The notes under the pieces are model-generated. The model did no database searches. It worked only from the letters and a program-made list of their open reading frames with translations, and was not told the origin of the DNA. DNA of 64,000 bases from Patescibacteria group bacterium (GTDB taxonomy: Bacteria > Patescibacteriota > Patescibacteriia > UBA10025 > JBIOWE01), in NCBI GenBank assembly GCA_044868145.1, contig JBIOWE010000004.1:333860-397859 (forward strand). Reading direction: 5' to 3'. Below, one piece after another: positions 1 to 7,757 of the stretch; positions within the stretch are counted from its first letter, which is position 1; every line of letters begins with the position of its first letter. The position numbers and the translations under genes were made by a program.

Positions 1-303
1 CGCGTTCTTCAGGGAAGGAGGGTAGCCATGATTATATTCCGGGGTTACGATAATGAATCCATCCGCCGAATTTACTTTTTCTACCCATGCCCGTTCACCT
101 TCGTCCGTATATGACTCCTCTATTTCTTTGGTGTCTTTTGCATAGTGATACAACGGTAGATCGATTGCCTTGAGGTCAACGAGTTCAGCATGCATGTCAG
201 TGCGTTTTGCGGCCAGATTGTGTATCCACTGAGCAACGCGTTCACCCGCCCGTACTTCACGAATACTGGAAAGTATGATGAGAATTTTTGGAGACTGGCC
301 CAT
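1..303 (-). CDS. NADPH-dependent FMN reductase family protein (partial; C-terminus lies beyond the window edge)
   Basis: Reverse-strand translation from the ATG at 303 reads MGQSPKILIILSSIREVRAGERVAQWIHNL...ADGFIIVTPEYNHGYPPSLKNA, a flavodoxin-like NAD(P)H-dependent FMN reductase signature. It is absent from the ORF track because no stop occurs within the window. It lies directly downstream of MarR, suggesting an operon. Confidence 0.6.
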   Translation of the reverse strand, partial: MGQSPKILIILSSIREVRAGERVAQWIHNLAAKRTDMHAELVDLKAIDLPLYHYAKDTKEIEESYTDEGERAWVEKVNSADGFIIVTPEYNHGYPPSLKNA

Positions 304-308
304 ATGCT

Positions 309-773
309 TTACGATGCCAATGTAAATTTTTCTTCTTTTGTTTCGGCCGATGCGAGTAATTTTTCAAGACTTACCTCGAAATCGTTTTTTTGTTTTGCGC
401 TCAAAACGCCAAAGAGTGTTGACAGTTGCTCATTGATTGTTTTAATCGCCTTTTCAGCGGTTGCGTGTCCTTCTTTGGTAAGCGTGAGCATGCGTTCTCT
501 TCGATTGTTCTGGTTCTCCGTGCGAAGAATTAATTTTTTCTCATGCAGAATCTCAATTTGCCTGCTTACGGCTGCTTCGGTTAAGCCGTGGAATCGAGCA
601 ATATGCTTCTGGGTGACCTGCCCGCGTTTCCGGAGCGCCATCAACATCCGAAATTGGGAAAATGTTAAGTCGAGCTGAACGTGCAGTTCGTGTGCTGCGA
701 TGCGGCCCAACACACACGTCAGCTTATGGAGCTTTACGCTAATATCCTTATTGTTTGAAGGGATTGAGACCAT
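309..773 (-). CDS. MarR family transcriptional regulator
   Basis: 154-aa winged-helix protein. The segment LRKRGQVTQKHIARFHGLTEAAVSRQIEILHEKKLILR...RRERMLTLTKEG is typical of the MarR recognition helix and wing. Confidence 0.75.
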   Translation of the reverse strand: MVSIPSNNKDISVKLHKLTCVLGRIAAHELHVQLDLTFSQFRMLMALRKRGQVTQKHIARFHGLTEAAVSRQIEILHEKKLILRTENQNNRRERMLTLTKEGHATAEKAIKTINEQLSTLFGVLSAKQKNDFEVSLEKLLASAETKEEKFTLAS

Positions 774-944
774 GGTTATCCACAGTATAGATGTTAATAG
801 TTAACAAGTCAAGTATTAATCTTAACGAGAAAAACATCGAGACAATTGCTTTGTATTTTTTTTTCGAAAACGTCGGCTCATGAGATTCTTGACAAAAACG
901 AACCATGGATGTATCATACACAATACCCCCTAGGGGTATACACT

Positions 945-1208
945 ATGAAAGAAAATAACGAAAATAAGGTATTTCCGCTCCTCCATCGAATTATCGGCCA
1001 GCTTAATGGGCTTGAGCGGATGATGAAGGAGAAACGGGATTGTCAGGAAATTATGAATCAACTCATGGCCAGTCGCGCCGCGCTTGAGAAGCTGGGCATT
1101 CTTGTTTTGCAAGATGAATCAAGCTACTGTTTTGTCGGCAAAGGTGACGCGAAGAAGCGGATGAAGAATCTTGAGAATATTACAAAGCAATTATTCAAAG
1201 TGACCTAA
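945..1208 (+). CDS. CsoR/RcnR/FrmR-family metal-sensing transcriptional repressor
   Basis: About 87 aa from the ATG at 945. HRIIGQLNGLERMMKEKRDCQEIMNQLMASRAALEKLG matches the DUF156/CsoR four-helix pattern with conserved C and H residues. The upstream part of the ORF track call (846) is probably not coding. Confidence 0.6.
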   Translation: MKENNENKVFPLLHRIIGQLNGLERMMKEKRDCQEIMNQLMASRAALEKLGILVLQDESSYCFVGKGDAKKRMKNLENITKQLFKVT

Positions 1209-1273
1209 TCTCCGCGTATTCAGAACGGAGCAAGCAAGTCAAAGTATATTCCGCAATCGTCTTAATATACCAT

Positions 1274-1396
1274 TGTCATTTCGAGCACCGACCCTGAGTT
1301 TGTCGAAGAGGAGGAGCGAGAAATCCCCATGCGAAAAGGTAGGGCAAGGAGATTCCTCGTCGCCTCTCGACAAGCTCGAGACTCCTCGGAATGACA
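1274..1396. repeat. MITE-like repeat, family B copy 1 (terminal inverted repeats TGTCATTYYGA...TCRGAATGACA)
   Basis: About 123-bp non-coding element with terminal inverted repeats (tgtcatttcgagc ... ctcggaatgaca). It shares its ends and internal blocks (gaaatccccatgcgaaaaggta, acaagctcgag) with the second copy at 21247-21372. Confidence 0.55.
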
Positions 1397-1439
1397 ACAA
1401 GAGAGCATAGTCGACTATTTATTGTTAATCTTAAAACGT

Positions 1440-1760
1440 ATGGCAAAGATTATCTTTACCGACCAAAATTTTCAAGAAGAGGTTTTGAAGTCTGATAAAC
1501 CAGTACTCGTTGATTTTTGGGCTGAATGGTGCGCACCATGCCGCATTCAAGGACCGATTATTGAGAAGCTGTCGGATGAACTCTCGGCAAAAATCAAAAT
1601 TGGCAGCATGGATGTAGACGCACATCCGCAGACATCGCAGCAATACGGCGTGTTGAGTATCCCGACGCTGTTGTTATTCAAAGGCGGCAAGGTTGTCTGG
1701 CAGGGCGTTGGCCTGCATCATGAGCCAAAAATTCGAGAGGCAATTGAGGTAGCTGTGTAA
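1440..1760 (+). CDS. trxA: thioredoxin
   Basis: 106 aa with the VLVDFWAEWCAPCR active-site region and full thioredoxin fold signature. The ATG at 1440 is preferred over the TTG at 1422. It sits directly upstream of trxB. Confidence 0.85.
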   Translation: MAKIIFTDQNFQEEVLKSDKPVLVDFWAEWCAPCRIQGPIIEKLSDELSAKIKIGSMDVDAHPQTSQQYGVLSIPTLLLFKGGKVVWQGVGLHHEPKIREAIEVAV

Positions 1761-1763
1761 TCT

Positions 1764-2687
1764 ATGGAGAAGCTCCTTATTCTTGGCTCGGGCAATGCCG
1801 GATGGACGGCCGCGCTCTACGCAGCCCGTGCAAATTTAAATCCTCTTGTTATCACGGGTGAACAAGAAGGTGGTCAACTGACTACAACAACGCTCGTGGA
1901 AAATTACCCGGGCTTTCCAGATGGTGTCCAGGGTCCAGAATTGATGGAAATATTCAAAAAGCAGGCGCTCAAGTTCGGCGCCCGTGTCAAAACCGCGCTT
2001 GCGACTTCGTTCAAAAACAAGAGCGGGTCGTTTGCCATTGGTTTGGACGATGGCGCAACCATAGAAGCTAAAAGCGTGATTATTGCCACTGGCGCGTCGC
2101 CGAAGAAACTTGGTGTGCCTGGCGAACAAGAGTACATGGGCCGTGGAGTCTCCACGTGTGCCACGTGTGACGGCTATTTTTTCCGCGGTAAGACCGTGGC
2201 AGTCATTGGCGGCGGCGATAGCGCAGCCGAAGAATCCACGTTTCTCGCGAAAGTCGTGGGAAAGGTGTGTTTGCTCGTCCGGAAGGATGTGCTACGAGCA
2301 AGTAAGATTATGCAAGAACGCGTAATGAAAAACTCCAACATTGAAATTATGTGGAATACGGAAGTTGCGGAAGTGATCGGCGATGGCAAGAAAGTGCGCG
2401 GCCTCCGTATCAAAGACAGCAAAACGAATGACGAGCGTGAACTTGCCGTTGATGGAATGTTCCTCGCTATCGGCCACATACCAAACGTAAGCATCTTCCA
2501 AGAATGGATTAAACTGAACGAGCTCGGTTATGTAGAAACCGATAGGCGGATGCACACCAATCTGCCCGGCGTGTTCGCGTCCGGCGACGTGCAGGACCAT
2601 TTGTATCGTCAAGCGGTGACCGCCGCCGGCACCGGGTGCATGGCAGCGATTGAGGCGGAGCGATACCTTGAACATCTTGACCGATAA
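1764..2687 (+). CDS. trxB: thioredoxin-disulfide reductase
   Basis: 307 aa. It has an N-terminal GSGNAGWTAALYAA FAD-binding motif, the redox-active CATCDG, a GGGDSAAEE NADPH motif and a C-terminal GDV...AAGTGCMAA region. Confidence 0.9.
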   Translation: MEKLLILGSGNAGWTAALYAARANLNPLVITGEQEGGQLTTTTLVENYPGFPDGVQGPELMEIFKKQALKFGARVKTALATSFKNKSGSFAIGLDDGATIEAKSVIIATGASPKKLGVPGEQEYMGRGVSTCATCDGYFFRGKTVAVIGGGDSAAEESTFLAKVVGKVCLLVRKDVLRASKIMQERVMKNSNIEIMWNTEVAEVIGDGKKVRGLRIKDSKTNDERELAVDGMFLAIGHIPNVSIFQEWIKLNELGYVETDRRMHTNLPGVFASGDVQDHLYRQAVTAAGTGCMAAIEAERYLEHLDR

Positions 2688-2692
2688 CAATA

Positions 2693-3955
2693 ATGGAGAC
2701 GAATTTGTACGCAGGCGCTCTCGCGCAGCTCGCAAAAGCAAAGCAACACCTTTCGCATCATGAGGATGTATCCGCGCGTCTGACAAAACCAGATCGCGTT
2801 CTTCAATTTCCCATTCGCGTCCAAATGGATAACGGAACCGAGCAGTCGTTTGAAGGATATCGGGTGCAATATAATAATAGCCGCGGGCCGTACAAAGGCG
2901 GTATCCGTTTCCATCCGCAAACGAACCTTGACGAAGTGAAGGCGCTCGCATTTTGGATGACAATGAAATGTGCAGTGGTGAACATTCCATTCGGCGGTGG
3001 CAAGGGCGGTGTTACTGTCGACCCAAAGAAATTGAGCGAGACCGAACTCGAAGGGTTAAGTCGCGGCTGGGTGACTGCGTTTGCGGAGTACATTGGTCCG
3101 GAAAAAGATGTGCCTGCGCCGGACGTGTACACTAACCCCAAGATTATGGCGTGGATGGTTGATGAGTATTCCAAAATTGTCGGTAAATGGTCGCCTACCG
3201 CATTCACTGGGAAGCCGATTGATAAAGGCGGGTCTGCCGGCCGTGAATATGCGACGGGCCAGGGTGGCTATTACGCCCTGCATGAGCTTGCGAACCGGCT
3301 TGGGCTTGAGCCAAAAAGCACGCGAGTCGCCATTCAGGGGTTTGGCAACGTTGGCTATTACACCGCCAAGATTTTGGACGCCGCTGGCTATAAAATTATC
3401 GCCCTTTCCGACTCAAAAGGCGGAATTTTAGACTTGCGCGGGCTCGGCATGGATCCGGAAAACGTTATGAAAACCAAGCAAGAAAAGGGGATGATTGAAG
3501 GGTGCTATGGTGTTGGGTCGGCTTTAGATTGTGAGAACTATAAGAAGATATCAAATAAAGAATTATTGACGCTTGAGTGTGATATCCTCGTTCCGGCGGC
3601 GCTTGAGAATCAAATTACAAAAGAAAACGCGAACCAAATGAAGGCAAAGGCCATTCTTGAAATGGCAAATGGTCCTGTTACGCCGGAAGCGGATGATATA
3701 CTGTTCGAAAAAAAGATCCACGTAGTTCCGGACATTTTGGCGAACGCAGGCGGAGTCACTGTTTCCTATTTTGAGTGGGACCAGAATATGAAGAACGAGC
3801 ATTGGTCAGAGCGAGACGTGCTGGCCAAACTTCAGTCCATCATGGTTCAGTCATTCCAAGAAGTTTGGAATATTGCGCAAGAAAAAAGGGTAGACATGCG
3901 AACCGCGGCATACGTTCTCGCCGTTCAGCGCATTGGGAGTGCCATCAAAAAGTAG
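2693..3955 (+). CDS. gdhA: Glu/Leu/Phe/Val-family glutamate dehydrogenase
   Basis: 420 aa. It carries the catalytic KGGIRFHP and GGGKGG motifs and a C-terminal Rossmann GFGNVG. Confidence 0.85.
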   Translation: METNLYAGALAQLAKAKQHLSHHEDVSARLTKPDRVLQFPIRVQMDNGTEQSFEGYRVQYNNSRGPYKGGIRFHPQTNLDEVKALAFWMTMKCAVVNIPFGGGKGGVTVDPKKLSETELEGLSRGWVTAFAEYIGPEKDVPAPDVYTNPKIMAWMVDEYSKIVGKWSPTAFTGKPIDKGGSAGREYATGQGGYYALHELANRLGLEPKSTRVAIQGFGNVGYYTAKILDAAGYKIIALSDSKGGILDLRGLGMDPENVMKTKQEKGMIEGCYGVGSALDCENYKKISNKELLTLECDILVPAALENQITKENANQMKAKAILEMANGPVTPEADDILFEKKIHVVPDILANAGGVTVSYFEWDQNMKNEHWSERDVLAKLQSIMVQSFQEVWNIAQEKRVDMRTAAYVLAVQRIGSAIKK

Positions 3956-3982
3956 TGCGCACTCTTTCAAAATAAAAACCGC

Positions 3983-4012
3983 CCTTCGAAAACTTCGAAA
4001 GGCGGAATGTTG
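3983..4012. terminator. bidirectional hairpin terminator between convergent gdhA and the TenA-like gene
   Basis: ccgcccttcgaaaacttcgaaaggcgg forms a nested palindrome (ccgcc/ggcgg with an inner ttcgaa/ttcgaa). It is flanked by an A-run on the + strand, which becomes a T-run on the - strand. Confidence 0.5.
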
Positions 4013-4021
4013 GGATAGCGG

Positions 4022-4651
4022 TCATGCCGCAAGCGTTTCAAAATAATTCAGCATATTCCACTGCGCGCTGAGCACTTCGCGCGCTTGAAGGAGCGCAACC
4101 GGATCAGGGGGCATTGCCTCTAAAATTTGTAGGGCGAACCCAATGTGCTCATGTTCATTCTCCGCGTGAACCCGGAAGAATTCCGTGGCAGGTCCATCGG
4201 TAAACCCATAGTGCTGGATGAGGCCTTTGCGTTTCAGCGCCATAACCTTTGGCAACTGAACCTCGTACACGTACATTGCCGCCACACCGGCAGATGGGCT
4301 TTTTTGAACTGCCCGTTGCAGACTCTCTGTGACTTTTGACGCAATGGCACGAGTTGCATCGTTCGCCAGATCTTTTTTCGTGAGGCCAAGCTCGAAACAA
4401 AAATCTTTGAACAAACGAACATGTTCCAGCTCATCTTGCGCGTGTTTGGTCAACTGCAAATCATCCAGCCCTTTTCCGCGAAGCCTCTCCATATTCACGG
4501 GGATGCATTCCGTTATTGGTAAATACGCAATGGCGTATTCCTTCAGTACATTCTTACTGATTTTACCATCCACCCACTTTTTATAAAATTGGTGGCCGGC
4601 TAAATCTTTATGGTGCACTGCGCGTTCCAACTGTGCAATCATTCCCTCCAC
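4022..4651 (-). CDS. TenA/PqqC-like (haem-oxygenase-like fold) protein
   Basis: 209 aa, all-helical, resembling the TenA/thiaminase-II/PqqC family from MEGMIAQLERAVHHKDLAGHQFYKKWVDGKISKNVLKEYAI... Assignment rests on pattern memory only. Confidence 0.4.
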   Translation of the reverse strand: MEGMIAQLERAVHHKDLAGHQFYKKWVDGKISKNVLKEYAIAYLPITECIPVNMERLRGKGLDDLQLTKHAQDELEHVRLFKDFCFELGLTKKDLANDATRAIASKVTESLQRAVQKSPSAGVAAMYVYEVQLPKVMALKRKGLIQHYGFTDGPATEFFRVHAENEHEHIGFALQILEAMPPDPVALLQAREVLSAQWNMLNYFETLAA

Positions 4652-4782
4652 TGCTCCTCCTTATTTTGATTGTTAAGTACGGTTTTGGTTTCTTTTTCTA
4701 AAAATAAGTGTAGACCAGTGCCGGAAATTTGTCGAGAGCCGTTCATTTCCGCTTGACACATTGTTCGACCAGGAGTATACTT

Positions 4783-4899
4783 ATGTCATATACAGGGCAA
4801 ATAGCCCTTAAACAAACAACCCCGATCAAAGGGGTATTATCGTGGCACAATGCCACATCATCCCGAATAGGGATAAAAAATATGGGCCTCCACGCGTGA
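4783..4899 (+). CDS. candidate small ORF (38 aa) between a promoter-like element and an intrinsic terminator
   Basis: AGGAG lies 7 nt upstream of the ATG at 4783. The ORF reads MSYTGQIALKQTTPIKGVLSWHNATSSRIGIKNMGLHA and is followed by hairpin ggcctcca-N14-tggaggcc plus a T-tract (4885-4926). TTGACA-17-TATACT lies at 4753-4781. It could instead be a small RNA. Confidence 0.25.
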   Translation: MSYTGQIALKQTTPIKGVLSWHNATSSRIGIKNMGLHA

Positions 4900-4926
4900 T
4901 TGCTAATGGAGGCCTTATCTTTTTCT
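4885..4926 (+). terminator. intrinsic terminator
   Basis: An 8-bp GC stem (ggcctcca/tggaggcc) is followed by ttatctttttctt. Confidence 0.55.
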
Positions 4927-5018
4927 TACGCGACCGTTTACTGTTCTGTGTGGCGGTGATATAATTATCCACAAGCAAAAAGACAAAGGGCACAAAACGC
5001 CTCTTTTTAATTGAAAAA

Positions 5019-5387
5019 ATGGACAAAACATTTGTCGAAAAAATGAGAGTAAGGCTGGAAGAGGAGCGAGAACGGCTTGCACAGCAACTAAAGCAAATGA
5101 CTGAAGCAAGAAAACTCAACCCGGACCAAATTCAGGTAAAGTGGGACGATGTTGGTTCAAAGGATGAAGACAATGCCGTTGAGGTCGCGAATTTTCAAGA
5201 CGAACTTTCCTTGGAGAAGAACTTGGAAAAAGCGCTGGAAAAGGTTAACCTTTCCTTGAAAAAAATCGAAGCCGGAACGTATGGGATCTGTGAACAATGC
5301 GGCAAAGATATCGAAGAACGCCGGCTCGAGGCATATCCCGCTGCTACCATCTGCATGCGGCATAGCGTTCAGAATGGCGGCGTATGA
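5019..5387 (+). CDS. DksA/TraR-family C4 zinc-finger protein
   Basis: 122 aa with a coiled-coil N-terminal region and a C-terminal CEQCGKDIEERRLEAYPAATICMRH C4 finger. Confidence 0.7.
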   Translation: MDKTFVEKMRVRLEEERERLAQQLKQMTEARKLNPDQIQVKWDDVGSKDEDNAVEVANFQDELSLEKNLEKALEKVNLSLKKIEAGTYGICEQCGKDIEERRLEAYPAATICMRHSVQNGGV

Positions 5388-5848
5388 GGCGTTTGCCATC
5401 GTGGTTTTTTGTTGGCCACGGCATTGTCGTTGGCCTGTTTATTCTTGATCGGATCGCCAAATGGTTCGCAATGCATCTCCTGCCTGACGCAGGAGTTTTT
5501 CTTTTTCCGGGCGTTGGGTTTGTACTTGAACGAAACCTCGGCATTGCATACAGTCTCCCACTTCAAGGCACGCTGTTGATTGTCGTTTCGTTTTGCTTGT
5601 TCATTATCCTTGGTTTTTTATTTCGTCGTGCGTTCGCACGCGGCGCAATCGCAGAGACGGTCGGGTATAGTCTGATCATCGTGGGAGCATTTTCAAATTT
5701 ACTCGACCGTTTACATTTCGGTTTTGTGACCGACTACATGACACTGACCGGCTGGCCAGTATTTAATCTCGCGGACGTGATGATTCTCAGCGGCACAGTT
5801 TTGGTTTTGACCAAAGTAATTTTTATGCGTGATACGTATCCCATGTAA
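5384..5848 (+). CDS. lspA: lipoprotein signal peptidase (signal peptidase II)
   Basis: 154 aa with 4 TM segments, the conserved NLGIAYSL region and the FNLADVMI (FNxAD) motif. Its ATG overlaps the dksA-like stop (ATGA). Confidence 0.75.
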   Translation: MRRLPSWFFVGHGIVVGLFILDRIAKWFAMHLLPDAGVFLFPGVGFVLERNLGIAYSLPLQGTLLIVVSFCLFIILGFLFRRAFARGAIAETVGYSLIIVGAFSNLLDRLHFGFVTDYMTLTGWPVFNLADVMILSGTVLVLTKVIFMRDTYPM

Positions 5849-5891
5849 CTTTACTGACTTGTTATAACGCTCTACAATAGAGACAGGACGT

Positions 5892-6902
5892 ATGAAAGCA
5901 ATTGTCTACAGAGGTAAAGAAAACGTAGTATTAAAAAATATTCCGAAACCAAGCATCGGCCATTTTGACGTGTTAATTCGTATTCGAACAGTTGGTATTT
6001 GCGGTACTGATTTACACATTTATCACGGGGGCATGAAAATGAAGCGAGACGCGGTCATGGGTCACGAATTCGCAGGTATGATAGCAGCCGTTGGGCGACA
6101 CGTAAAAAGCCTGCGAATAGGTGATCGCGTTGTCGCCGAACATATTATTGCATGCGGTCAGTGCGTATATTGCCTTGCAGGCAAGCCGAATCTTTGCCTG
6201 CGCGCGGAAGTGATCGGTTTTCACCGCCAAGGCGCACTTGCCGAATATCTTGCCGTGCCCGCCAACTTGGTGCATAAGGTGCCTAGGTCGGTCAGCATGG
6301 AAGAAGCAGCCATGATTGAGCCCCTTTCCATCGCTGTTTACGCTGTTCGCGAAGCCGGTTCGCTCATTGGCCGGAACACCGCAGTGGTTGGCCAAGGCCC
6401 GATTGGTCTATTGGTTGACCAAGTTCTTCATGCCGCAGGAAGCCATGTGGTAGGCATTGACGTGCGAGACGTTTCACTGAAATTCGCGAAGCGAAAGGGA
6501 TGGATCGATTACGCTATAAACGCGAGCCGCGGGAAAGTTCAAAATGCCATAAAGAAGTTATTCAATGATGGATTCGACGTTGTATTTGAAGTCGTTGGTA
6601 AAGAACAAACGGCTCAGCTCTCCATCAATATCGCGCGCCGAGACGGCGACGTATACTTCCTGGGAGTATTTGGAGCGCCGGCGTCACTCAATGTCATGGA
6701 AATTGTGGAAAAGGAACTGAACATCTACGGTGTCTGGCGATGCGCGTTTAGCTTTCCTGAAGCAATCGACCTTGTTGCGAAAAAGAAGGTTGACGTGAAG
6801 AGTCTTATTACGCACGTGTATCCGATTGAAAAAGCGGAACAAGCCTTGAAAGACGCAAGCGCCTACGCCGGCAATCGGATTAAAACGATTATTCGTTTTT
6901 AA
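5892..6902 (+). CDS. zinc-dependent alcohol dehydrogenase (MDR superfamily; threonine/sorbitol dehydrogenase-like)
   Basis: 336 aa with GICGTDLH, GHEFAG, structural-zinc cysteines C-x2-C-x2-C-x7-C and a Rossmann GQGPIGL. Confidence 0.8.
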   Translation: MKAIVYRGKENVVLKNIPKPSIGHFDVLIRIRTVGICGTDLHIYHGGMKMKRDAVMGHEFAGMIAAVGRHVKSLRIGDRVVAEHIIACGQCVYCLAGKPNLCLRAEVIGFHRQGALAEYLAVPANLVHKVPRSVSMEEAAMIEPLSIAVYAVREAGSLIGRNTAVVGQGPIGLLVDQVLHAAGSHVVGIDVRDVSLKFAKRKGWIDYAINASRGKVQNAIKKLFNDGFDVVFEVVGKEQTAQLSINIARRDGDVYFLGVFGAPASLNVMEIVEKELNIYGVWRCAFSFPEAIDLVAKKKVDVKSLITHVYPIEKAEQALKDASAYAGNRIKTIIRF

Positions 6903-6977
6903 TCTAATGAAATTTTTTGTAGGCCTTTGTTCACGAAAGGCACTGTTTTTTGTTATTCCTTCAACCTGGCTCTTTGA

Positions 6978-7006
6978 TTGACAGGCTAATGCTTCGGCGC
7001 TACTCT
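6978..7006 (+). promoter_or_regulatory. sigma70-like promoter (TTGACA-17-TACTCT) plus AAGGAGG RBS for the small ORF at 7027
   Basis: ttgaca at 6978-6983, tactct at 7001-7006, aaggagg at 7014-7020. Confidence 0.45.
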
Positions 7007-7026
7007 GGAAGCAAAGGAGGTACATC

Positions 7027-7218
7027 ATGAGCTTATTGCCAAACTCTGATGAGTTGCAAATCTTGCACAGCTGCGGCACCCTGGTAACGGTCCGCATTGA
7101 AGGAACGTTTGCAGGACCAATGGCCATGCCCGAGAAGTGTCCAAAATGCGGTAAGCCAGTGCAAGACGAGCGAATTAGTGATGCGTTGATCGCGTATGCC
7201 AGCAAGCATATACACTAA
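7027..7218 (+). CDS. small Cys-containing (CPKCGK) protein, zinc-ribbon-like
   Basis: 63 aa with a strong SD (AAGGAGG, 6 nt spacing), an upstream promoter and a downstream hairpin terminator at 7236-7274. Confidence 0.45.
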   Translation: MSLLPNSDELQILHSCGTLVTVRIEGTFAGPMAMPEKCPKCGKPVQDERISDALIAYASKHIH

Positions 7219-7235
7219 AAAGCATACGTGAAAAC

Positions 7236-7274
7236 AAAAAAGAGAGCGTCTTATGAAGAGCGCTCTCTGATTTT
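7236..7274. terminator. bidirectional hairpin terminator
   Basis: gagagcg-tcttatgaaga-cgctctc, with an A-run upstream and a T-run downstream. Confidence 0.5.
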
Positions 7275-7290
7275 TATTAAAGCTCCGGTG

Positions 7291-7600
7291 TTACACCGGC
7301 GCCAGTAGTTCACCGGCCTTTTCCCGAATCATTCCTTCAATTTTTCCCTTGAAGAAACTAACAAGAAAAGGTAGCTTACCTGAGACATCGATTGTCGTCG
7401 GTGTCACGCTGATACTCCCTGTTATATCATAGCCTTGTGCCGTAAACTGGAATTCCGCGGAATTTCCGTTCCATAATTCCGATGCCCCGCTGATGTATTC
7501 CGCGTACTGCTCCTTAAGCTTGGGCAGCAGCTGTTGAATGCGCCTTACTGCTTCTTCCTGCCCCCAGGGTATGGGGAATAGAAATGAACATTGAACCCAT
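7291..7600 (-). pseudogene. PHA-granule-region-like (PHA_gran_rgn/TIGR02610-like) small protein with an apparent +1 frameshift in a G5 run; or a sequencing error
   Basis: The ATG at 7600 (or 7591) follows AAAAGGAGGA and reads M(GS)MFISIPHTLG, then shifts frame at ctggggg (the + strand ccccc run at 7561-7565). It continues in the ORF-track frame as QEEAVRRIQQLLPKLKEQYAEY...WNGNSAEFQFTAQGYDITGSISVTPTTIDVSGKLPFLVSFFKGKIEGMIREK. A TTGACA-16-TATACT promoter lies at 7635-7662 on the - strand. Confidence 0.5.
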
Positions 7601-7757
7601 CGAGCATCCTCCTTTTGTTTTATTTTGAAACGGTAGTATACGGTAAATGAAGATTTTGTCAAGCGCTGATTGACAAAAAAGCTCCTATTACTATACAATA
7701 AAGGCGATATATTAATAAAAAGCCTTCCCAAAAGCTATTTGTGGAAGGTTTTTGTTT

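Noticed and set aside
190-678. 162-aa + strand ORF at the window start
   Set aside because: It lies entirely antisense to the well-supported MarR gene and the partial FMN-reductase gene. It has no RBS and its composition is typical of antisense read-through ORFs.
2083-3431. Multiple overlapping short ORFs inside trxB and gdhA (for example 2292-2990 -, 2609-2920 -, 3081-3431 +)
   Set aside because: These are nested within or antisense to genes with unambiguous family signatures. The same applies to the many 60-170-aa ORFs embedded in leuS, the giant gene, the VirB6-like gene, recG, clpC and the propeller paralogs.
7601-7731. N-terminal extension of ORF 7291-7731 (TTG start at 7731)
   Set aside because: The extension translates through a clear TTGACA-16-TATACT promoter and the AAGGAGG RBS. 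The real start is the ATG after the RBS.
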